DNA from: a virus
Virus record (IMG/VR): IMGVR_UViG_3300009073_000008
Length of the DNA: 45,642 bases
Reading direction: 5' to 3' (one strand)
The translations under genes and the position numbers were made by a program. The notes under the pieces were generated by a model. The model ran no database searches and was not told where the DNA came from. It saw nothing but the letters and a program-made list of their open reading frames with translations. Positions within the stretch are counted from its first letter, which is position 1, and every line of letters starts with the position of its first letter. Positions 22,901 to 30,400 of this stretch are shown here, piece after piece.

Positions 22901-24838
22901 TGCACCATTCTTCACCTCATGTGTAGATAGATTGTAGCTTGCTCCCTGTTCATTATTCCAAAGATGGCTGTTGCTCCAATACGTCCAACCAATATTATCT
23001 GCCTTACACCGTAGTGCAATACAGTTAGCAACACCAATCCACTTCTCAATGTCTCCACGGTCTCGCGGTATACCCCATTCACCAAGATAAAGCCTCACGT
23101 CCGGACTGCCAGCCCATGCACGAAAACGTCCAAGCTCTGCGGAAACCATTGCTAGGAAGTTATCTGCCGGTGTGTATGTTGTCTCTACACCCTGTTCTGC
23201 TGTTGTGTCACCCTCCTCATTTGAGTATGCGCTTTCACCTACTGAATTGTAAGATTTAATTCTGTATGTATAGAGAACGCCCGGGTCTAAATTACTGTCT
23301 GTATATGTCGCCGTGCTCGCGCTCCCTGCGACAATGATACTATCAATCTCAACGAAAGAACCTGTACCAATTTTTCTTTCAATCTTAAAGTTACTTTCTG
23401 TATTTCTCTCCCAAGAAAGACTTGCAAAGTTCGTACCAACACTTGAGATAGAAAGCGCTGTTGGCGCGCTTGGTGCTACCTCTGCCCCTGTAGACCGTAG
23501 CTCAACTGCTGCCATAACCCAATTTGAGTCACCTGTAAATGACCATGACAATGTGTTAGCACCTGTTGTTGCAACTGCCTTATATGCTGCGCTCGACTGT
23601 CCAAGGTTCGCATCCGGGTTCGTCTTGTTGTATGTTTCAATTCCATCGGTTGTAGAAATTTCTCTATCCTCCTGCACGTTTACCGCGTGTACAATCACTG
23701 AGTCATCCTTAGATGTTGTAAGACTTAAGGACGGACTCGCTCCATAATTAGCATCTGAGTTTGTCACTCCAAAAGATGACACTTTATCAAATGTCTCTGC
23801 TGATATATTAAATAGCTTGTAATCAGATGCTTCAACACTGATAACCTTATCAGCTCCTTGTGGTGGATTAAGCAATCCAAAAATAATTACACCAGCTTGA
23901 TTTGCTGTATGCTCTCGCACAAGCTCCACAAGGGGTGTTGCGTCAACTGTTGCGCCTGTAACCGCATCAACATCACGTGAGTAAACTTCAACAATAAGAC
24001 AATTTTCAAAAATGTCGCGAGTAATCGTTGGGTTGTTTGTGTAGCCAAACTCACTGCCAGATGATGTACCCGGGACTGTTTCACCAGATACCGCAAGTGT
24101 AGTAGTTGCTGAAATCTCATCAGTGTACTCAGAATATCCGCCGTCATTCTTTGAACGTAGGCGATATGTATACTCTGTATCATCAGTTAATCCTTGGTCT
24201 GTGTAGCTGTAGCCAACTGCTGTAACAGCATCTGTAGTAGTAAATACCTCCTCAAAACTTCCTGCGCCGGCTTTTCTCTCAAGGTGATAGCTTGTAACAC
24301 CAAGTGCTTCATTCTTCCACGTGAGTGCAAGTTCATTTTCTGAGCCAATATTTGCTGCCGTAAGCTCATATGGTGGATTAAATGGTGGCGTTGTTGTTGT
24401 AATAACTGCCTCATCTGTATAGCCAGAATTACCGGTAGCGTTCTTTGCGCGCACACGGTATATGTATGACGTTCCTGCTGCAAGCAATGTATCAGTATAG
24501 CTCTCAACATTATTTGATACCTCCGCAATCACAGAAAAATCATCATAACCAGACCTACGCTCAATCAAAACACCACTAGAATTTGAGCCATCATCTGTAT
24601 TGCTCCATGCCAAACTGCTCTGAGTGTCACTGATAACCTCTACAGTAAGGCCAGTAGGGGCTTCCGGCACAATGTTTTGTCCGGTCTGTCCTACAATAGT
24701 TTCTGATTTTAACCCTTGAAATGTTGACATATCCTCTTCTAGCTTAATTACTCGCTTCTCAATACTCTCCACTGCTTCATCCTTCTTGTCTGACTCTTCA
24801 AAGTATCTGACAAGTAGATCGACCAATTTTTCACTCAT
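19997..24838 (-). CDS. 1613-aa tail fibre / multi-enzyme depolymerase (3x FN3, GH5-like modules, C-terminal PL14-like lyase-fold domain)
   Basis: FN3-like repeats (APTGLTVEV...YRVRAKN, ELALTWKN...YRLRSKN, APSAPTALS...YRIKSYN). GH5 signatures ICNEPS (E822) with LIGEFGVPW (E970), and IMNEPS (E1224). C-terminus has GGKLPGPGGG...ARMMWKA...LYMYH. Confidence 0.85.
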   Translation of the reverse strand: MSEKLVDLLVRYFEESDKKDEAVESIEKRVIKLEEDMSTFQGLKSETIVGQTGQNIVPEAPTGLTVEVISDTQSSLAWSNTDDGSNSSGVLIERRSGYDDFSVIAEVSNNVESYTDTLLAAGTSYIYRVRAKNATGNSGYTDEAVITTTTPPFNPPYELTAANIGSENELALTWKNEALGVTSYHLERKAGAGSFEEVFTTTDAVTAVGYSYTDQGLTDDTEYTYRLRSKNDGGYSEYTDEISATTTLAVSGETVPGTSSGSEFGYTNNPTITRDIFENCLIVEVYSRDVDAVTGATVDATPLVELVREHTANQAGVIIFGLLNPPQGADKVISVEASDYKLFNISAETFDKVSSFGVTNSDANYGASPSLSLTTSKDDSVIVHAVNVQEDREISTTDGIETYNKTNPDANLGQSSAAYKAVATTGANTLSWSFTGDSNWVMAAVELRSTGAEVAPSAPTALSISSVGTNFASLSWERNTESNFKIERKIGTGSFVEIDSIIVAGSASTATYTDSNLDPGVLYTYRIKSYNSVGESAYSNEEGDTTAEQGVETTYTPADNFLAMVSAELGRFRAWAGSPDVRLYLGEWGIPRDRGDIEKWIGVANCIALRCKADNIGWTYWSNSHLWNNEQGASYNLSTHEVKNGAAGGNWTPTAIAAALDTNLGDRDVPFTGNAYAGQEFVSVNTLASKAPLASDFKFFREKGATVQRYAIGENNQNVNIWNVNTDSFGTFEGESLILHVERVLNEAQKDGTKIILDYLHPGTGGGNYAKIGGNTLATTQGYNDYIKYMTALCNHGFNDANGNYVQLKNHPALFMLDICNEPSQVDSNEWETISQNIVNVLRGSTIGYTGDITVPLGNYSGVQDLNFRHGGGPWINDPLGGNHIVYQGHYYPEKSHIGNFAGRTYQQEVNDASGFAGQGSFTYTGGSGGGGGLPTCGVITSENALEARAMRVAKEWVDWLNGKKGLIGEFGVPWAFANTPFEGKDNDIPPADRAKWIRMTNKVFAIWNNWKIEATLWATGEFWGSYAYSIHDDSGSFVTPRWNEEPFIETNNPYGNEANVTTLDYLRGSNTAGAEFGFAPDGPSSVHSANNFTNEWEDNYTSDKNRYPSQALLQFHYDRGLTFIRVPVRLEKFYTSQTDTTFEPLEMNRLKDVLTFAQNVSPSVRVLVDIHNYGAFITGATPPFATQRLGQGWTQANCNAQILNIVNEIKGYTCFHGIDIMNEPSQVFPNTGQSALQQGQTWEGMSTSIVNHLRNNSYTGLIYVPTAQWSGAYSAPEHHPNGPWIDDDNIVWESHQYFDKNNDGITNDDETFDAMAAHYDDEPQFTYEITRENCQIDGVQGGNGSGDTGTGGAVVAGTDGNTPDILHIDFTKKSQKAYGQISGQEMAAYSPHGADYTPNGTQDCAIVADPQEGNVLECRLIPSSGGSNHILAPWFIGGSHKEVWTSYKFKFMPGFEYSRGGKLPGPGGGDTPTGGATPGQGMTARMMWKANTDGSDKQIKLYMYHLNQPNYWGEYFDTGVYVEPDKWTTITHHLNVGTPGNNDGSLVIYINGVKKIDLQNHQFIASGSDWDVTEMTLSTFYGGGDSSWSPSKTTYLRFAQFKVGTDGNKIDF

Positions 24839-24855
24839 AATTTTTTGCTAGTTTA

Positions 24856-26313
24856 TTAGCTGAGCTTTAAAGTTCCACCATCGCTATATAGTGTGTCGGG
24901 GTCTAATCCTGTAGCAGATGTTGGTATTTCGTGAAATGTTAGCGACCCATCATCATTTGCGTTAAATGGTTTTTTCATGTCATTTTCTGTAACCTCTCGT
25001 ATTTTTATGTCATCAATGTATGCGGTACATGACTCAGACGCACTACTACTTCTAAACCTAAAATATTCCACGCCAGTACTTGACGCTGTAACCTCTACTC
25101 GTAGCTCTTGCCATTCTGGGTCAGTTGGAAAGCTGCCTGATGTAGATAGCCGTGCTGCATTACTTGAGAAAAATAGTGTGCCAGATGTTGTCTTTACACG
25201 CATAAATACCTCATAAACCTTTCCGCTTGTAACAGAGAAAGCCGGTGACATATACATCTGATTTGCGTATGTGTTGTTTTGTGAGTACAACTTGCGTGAG
25301 TGTGAGCCTTGATATACTTCTTCAGTGCTTTGCTCATTGATGTCGCCAGAGGCCGGTGTAGACCAATTCGCATCATTCTCTTGATCGCCATTTATTTGCA
25401 GATTACCTAGCAACTTGTTTTCTGCTTCATATACTTTTGAAACAGTCTTGTATTGGACATCGACATTAAAAAGGCTGAGTGATAGACAACCCTCATCAAC
25501 AATGTTTTGTTTACCATTTCCTGCGTCGTAAGAGGCTGCAATAAAGCCACCAAAGACATTGATTGAGCGTGTATTTTTCCCAACCTTGATACCTTGGTCA
25601 TTGAGCTCAAGATATGGTGAGAAAATATTTATATCAAAAGAGTCATCTTTAATATGTATGCCAGTCTTTGCGTGCGCTTCTACATTTACATTTATCAATG
25701 AAATAGAGTGTGATGCTTCAATCACAACTCCCTCTGTAGTACCAGAGCCGGCTGTAATATTTGCCGGCTTGATACGCGTACCAATAACGCGCATATCATT
25801 AGCAACATCTTTAAATTTGATTCCGTAGCTACCCACTCCATCAGCATCAACTAGTGGATTTGTTATCTCGTTGTAATATGTGTCAAGTTTTTTGCCATCC
25901 ACCAGAAATCCACCAATAACATTTCGCGCATCACAATTATTAAACTTCGAGTGTGCCAAGCCTTCCAACTTAAAACCAACGCCCATGTGTGTAGCGTTTG
26001 TATTTTCTACAACAACATTGTCGAGTACTAAGTTAGATAGTGGTGTATAAGGGTCTGAACCATTGATAATAGGTGTGTCAAACAATGCCGCATCCCATAA
26101 AATCTTGCTTGATCTTCCAAAGTTAAAAATCGCTTGATTTGAAAATTTAAGTAAAGCTGGGGTTGTAAGTGTGAGATCACTTATGAGAGCTATGTCTTTG
26201 CCAGTGTTTAATGCGTCTTGTAAATTTGTGTAATCCGCACCAAAGTTGCCAACTGTTACGTATGGCTTTGCACCAGCTTCACTACTACCAAGGTTTAATA
26301 TCCGTATTCCCAT
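24856..26313 (-). CDS. tailspike-like protein: right-handed beta-helix plus C-terminal carbohydrate-binding module
   Basis: Repetitive beta-helix-like rungs (VVVENTNATHMGVGFKLEG, NCDARNVIGGFLVDG, ISLINVNVEAHAKTGIHIKD). The C-terminal NGDQENDANW...YIDDIKIREV is CBM4/9-like. Confidence 0.7.
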   Translation of the reverse strand: MGIRILNLGSSEAGAKPYVTVGNFGADYTNLQDALNTGKDIALISDLTLTTPALLKFSNQAIFNFGRSSKILWDAALFDTPIINGSDPYTPLSNLVLDNVVVENTNATHMGVGFKLEGLAHSKFNNCDARNVIGGFLVDGKKLDTYYNEITNPLVDADGVGSYGIKFKDVANDMRVIGTRIKPANITAGSGTTEGVVIEASHSISLINVNVEAHAKTGIHIKDDSFDINIFSPYLELNDQGIKVGKNTRSINVFGGFIAASYDAGNGKQNIVDEGCLSLSLFNVDVQYKTVSKVYEAENKLLGNLQINGDQENDANWSTPASGDINEQSTEEVYQGSHSRKLYSQNNTYANQMYMSPAFSVTSGKVYEVFMRVKTTSGTLFFSSNAARLSTSGSFPTDPEWQELRVEVTASSTGVEYFRFRSSSASESCTAYIDDIKIREVTENDMKKPFNANDDGSLTFHEIPTSATGLDPDTLYSDGGTLKLS

Positions 26314-26322
26314 ATAAATAAT

Positions 26323-26652
26323 TTATGCAATTTGTAGTCTCGCGGTTGTATTCGATGGAGCAATAAATGATATTGTTCGCCAGTTGATGGACTCATGTAT
26401 ATCAATTTCTACAGTTGCTCCGGCAGCAACTTTTATAGAACCTGTAGCATTTGCATCTACAGCATTACCATTTGCATCAATGCCAGATTCAAAATAAAGC
26501 TCACTATCAGCCTGTAAGACAATGCTTGGCGTAGCACCATTTACGCCACCACCTTTTGCGCCAAGCGTGTTCAAAAACTCACCTAGTTTTGTACCGTCAC
26601 CGCTCAAGATAGTCTCCAAAGACTGTGGACTTGTTGTTATAGAAATCTGCAT
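26323..26652 (-). CDS. hypothetical 109-aa virion-associated protein, first gene of late unit 2
   Basis: ORF directly after leader copy 2 and upstream of the fibre genes. Confidence 0.75.
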   Translation of the reverse strand: MQISITTSPQSLETILSGDGTKLGEFLNTLGAKGGGVNGATPSIVLQADSELYFESGIDANGNAVDANATGSIKVAAGATVEIDIHESINWRTISFIAPSNTTARLQIA

Positions 26653-26667
26653 ATATATTTTTTAGAA

Positions 26668-26719
26668 ATAAAAAAAAGCAACCAAACCTTGCATCCGGAG
26701 ATACTTTGTTTGGTTGCTT
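26668..26719 (-). terminator. intrinsic terminator of late leader copy 2
   Basis: Minus strand AAGCAACCAAAC-20 nt-GTTTGGTTGCTT (perfect 12 bp), then TTTTTTTTATTTC. Confidence 0.75.
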
Positions 26720-26774
26720 GTTTTTCGGGTGTCAGCAACGGTCTCTATAAGGCGGAGACTTCGCTATTCAATTA
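26668..26774 (-). ncRNA. structured late-operon leader RNA, copy 2
   Basis: Same block order as copy 1, with compensatory changes in all three helices. Confidence 0.5.
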
Positions 26775-26779
26775 CTAGA

Positions 26780-26807
26780 ATTATAGCATTATTTCTTATT
26801 TTTGCAA
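26780..26807 (-). promoter_or_regulatory. sigma70-type promoter with extended -10 (late promoter 2)
   Basis: Minus strand TTGCAA-16 nt-TATAAT, preceded by TGc. Confidence 0.6.
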
Positions 26808-26810
26808 AAC

Positions 26811-26840
26811 AAAAAACAGCCTTATATAGCTGTTTTTTAT
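26811..26840 (-). terminator. weak intrinsic terminator ending late unit 1
   Basis: AAAAAACAGC-8 nt-GCTGTTTTTT palindrome; on the minus strand the stem is followed by a T-rich run. Confidence 0.5.
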
Positions 26841-26845
26841 ATCTA

Positions 26846-27178
26846 TTATCCAGTGATATACCCCCCATACAATGCTATTGCATTTGAAATGAAAACAAAA
26901 CCGACTAGCATTTTCAATGATACGCTTGCGTGATGCTCATTTTTTAGAACCATCACCAATCCTAAGAGAACACAGTAAAGACCTACAAATATTGAGTGCT
27001 CGCCATCAACTGCAAAAATGAGGAAATACAGCAAAGCAGCTAAAGATACCCCATGCCACAATGTAATTGCATCTCCATCCCTGCGTTTAAATCTCCAATG
27101 ATATACTCCGTAAACCAATGAAAGCAGTACAGACCATATCAGTAGCACCACTAATATTGTTGTTTGTGTATCACTCAT
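26846..27178 (-). CDS. 110-aa polytopic membrane protein (about 4 TM)
   Basis: Hydrophobic throughout: ILVVLLIWSVLLSLVYGVY, LAALLYFLIFAV, VGLYCVLLGLVMVL, LVGFVFISNAIALYGG. Confidence 0.75.
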   Translation of the reverse strand: MSDTQTTILVVLLIWSVLLSLVYGVYHWRFKRRDGDAITLWHGVSLAALLYFLIFAVDGEHSIFVGLYCVLLGLVMVLKNEHHASVSLKMLVGFVFISNAIALYGGYITG

Positions 27179-27184
27179 ATCAGA

Positions 27185-27388
27185 TTAAAATGCTGTATGC
27201 GCAAATACTCCTCCTGCAATAAATGAGCTAAAAATCATTATCAGCATCATTTTTTCCTCTGCCGTCATAGCTCTAGTCTTACCACTAAAAATCCAATTCG
27301 ATTTCATGTCGTAAGCAATTTCTTTTAGCAAACCTTTCATATGGTGTATGTTATTTCTGAGAACATTATAACATACACCACACGTCAT
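27185..27388 (-). CDS. 67-aa tail-anchored membrane protein
   Basis: ATG start. C-terminal MMLIMIFSSFIAGGVFAHTAF. Confidence 0.6.
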   Translation of the reverse strand: MTCGVCYNVLRNNIHHMKGLLKEIAYDMKSNWIFSGKTRAMTAEEKMMLIMIFSSFIAGGVFAHTAF

Positions 27389-27401
27389 TTTCTGTCAATG
27401 T

Positions 27402-30400
27402 CTAATCATCTTGCACCTTACGCTTTGCAATATATGATGACCAACCCATCATCTGCCATAGATATTCTGGGTCTCCCTCGCGTACTGTTTTTACAATACT
27501 CTCTGTTTGGTCAACAAGTGTCTCAGCCGGCAATCCTGTTACATTTCCAATCGTTCCTCCTGCGCCACCTAACGCCTTCCAAATGTCAGCTTCCGTAATG
27601 TCTTTGTCGTTTACCAGCCTTACCATATCTGTAATATCATCGACTGCACCATACACTGCCATTTCATTACCAAAGTCTTTTTGTCCCATTGCTGTTCTGA
27701 TAATACTATCAAGACCAGTACCAACCAAAAATATTCCATTCATTGAGCCCAAGAGGCTTGCGCGCATCTGCCCTTCTTTTTCCCAATCAAAACCATTTGC
27801 AACAAATTGAAAAATGTTTGGTAGTAAAATGTGATAAATAAATATTGTTTTAGCATGTTGCTTTGGGTCTCCACGCTTCGCAATGATGTTACGTACCGCA
27901 TCAACTTCTTTTCTGAAATACTGATTTGGTGATGACAAAAATGATGTAAGCAGCTTTGAGACTGAATTTGAGCTCTGCCAAAAAGACTGCTCTGTTATAT
28001 CACCGGACTGTTGTGTTTGCTCTGTTGCCTTTTCAAATTCATATATCGCTTCCTCTTGTGTCTTTCCTTGGTCAAGATGATACTTGTATACAGACCAACC
28101 GCCCATGACAATAGCGCCCTCATCTCCAATTTTGATATTGAGCATCAGCTTATTAAGAAATGTTTGGCTACCAGACCACTTGGCAAATTCGTCTGAGTTC
28201 ATCGCATCTTTAATATCGCGCTCCATGTTTGAGCCACGTTCTTGTAAGAGCACTGAGCTCTCTTTCAGTGTTTTGTAGTTGTTTACAGGGTCTTTCCAAA
28301 AATCTGCATAGTTCTTAATGAAGTCCACAGTTGGTATGCTCTCAGCATATGCCGGGAAAGAAGTAAGCTGTTTGATAGCAATGGCCGGCTTTACCGCAAG
28401 CACGGCACGTGAAAAGTTAATACGCACCATATCAAGTTTCGCAATATTCTGTTTGCTACTCACTCCACCTTGTATGATGCCACTGATTTGATGGTCAAGT
28501 GATTTAAGTATTCCATCACCAAAATTTTGCTTAATTGCCTTGCGCACATCTGCATTACTGAAAGTAGAATTGAGCTTTTTGCTTGTATCAGCAAAAGCGA
28601 TAAAGTGCTCCATCTCAGCTACATGCTGCATAAGCACACCCATATCTGAGGCATCGCGCAATGGCTTCTTACTGCCAACACGGCTTTTCAATGAGCCCTT
28701 GGCTATGCTTTGACGCATTGATTGCTCATCCAAAAATGCTGTTATCGTTGCAAGTTGGTCACTTTCAACATCCCTACGTGCAATAGGACTATAAAACTCA
28801 TTAAATGGTAGTTCAACACCATACATATCTTTGTACACCTCGTTCACGCGTCCATGATAGTCGCGGTAGAAGTCAAGTTGTTTCTGCACAAAAATCTTAT
28901 CTTGTGTGCTAAGGACACCTTTGATCGCATCAACCATTTCGTCTGTATAGCCCATTGAAACAAAAAATGTCTCCTGTAGGGATGGGTCTTGCATCTCCAT
29001 GTATCTCTTGCGTAATTCTGCGCGAGACATCTTTATCTCAAACTTTTTTCCATAGGCATTTTCAAAAGTGCCAAGGTCTAACTCAATAGCATCCTCCGCA
29101 TGTTTTTGCATCGCTTCTTTCTGATCGAGACCATAAACCTCTGTAAATATATCTTGCACTTTTCTCAATGCTTCTGCGGTACTTTTTTTCTGTTCGTTCT
29201 TAGCAGCCAACATATCAAACTCCTGATTAAGAAAACTCTTTTTCGGGTCTGAGCCTTTGTCGTAAAATGACAATATGTCTAGCAAGTTGTCCCATCCAGT
29301 AAATGTCTTAAATGAGCTGATCGCGCCTCTCCTCGCTCTCTGCTTCCAATCCAAGCGCTTCTCTGCTGTAGAGTCATCAACAATACCATCGCCACCTGTA
29401 ATAACATTGACAATCTCCTCGTTACGTGCCATTGCCCCTTGATCAAATATCTCTTTGAAAAACTTGTTTGTAGATCGTCCATCATGTATCAAGCCCTCAA
29501 TACCTGTCAAGAGACTTGATAGCTTCTCTGGGTCTTTACTCAAGATAGCTGTGATAAACTTATTCTCAAAAACTTTGTCATCAGAAATAACACCTTGGTC
29601 TGCACTGTCAATATTTTTTATCACTAAATCTTCCATTGCCTCGTTTGTCATACGTGAAAGATCGCGCATCTTATCGAGCACGTTTTGTATCTCCGGGGTA
29701 AACTTGCCAACTGGCTTACCACCCTGCGTCTTTACTTGTGTTTTTTTCAAGTTCTTTTTGATCTTACCTTTAAGGTGACGCACCTGTGCCTCACTCTGCA
29801 ATCGGTCAATAAATGTGCGTGCAACCTCAATGTCCTTGGCATTTGTAGCATTTCTCACTGTTGCAAGCAATCGCTTCTTTTGCTCCGGGAAATCAGATAG
29901 CCGCTCATCCGCATAATCAGTAACAATTTTCTTCACTTCTTTTATCTCGTCACGCTCAATACGCATGTCCTCAATCTTCTCATCCTTTTTCTCCTTGGCA
30001 TCACTCACAGCCTCTTTCATCTTATCTCTGAGCTCATCCAAACGACTCAATACACGCTCTTTCTGCTCCTGTTTCTCCTGTGTCTTTTTTTGCTCCCGGC
30101 GTGCTGCTTCCTTGGCTGCTATAATCTCATGCGCTTTAATAAGAATACGTGTGTCCATCGACTTCTTTGTAGGCTCAAGCGCTTTGATCTTTTTACGTAG
30201 ACTAGCAACTTTTTTAGAGTCACCCTTCTTACGCGCATCCTTCAAAGACTCTCGCAATCCTGCAAGCTCTTTTCCATATGATGCAATCTTCTGAGCCTTA
30301 GTGATAGTCTCAACATCTTTTTTCTGATACTGAATACTGGCTGCTATGTCCTCTTTAGAGTATCTGCGTATCGGCATTTTATTTGCCTCATAATCATGCA

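Noticed and set aside
19997-26313. Diversity-generating retroelement or invertible shufflon acting on the fibre genes
   Set aside because: There is no reverse transcriptase gene, no template/variable repeat pair and no inverted repeats flanking fibre segments. The only recombinase is 3.5 kb away and has typical integrase context.
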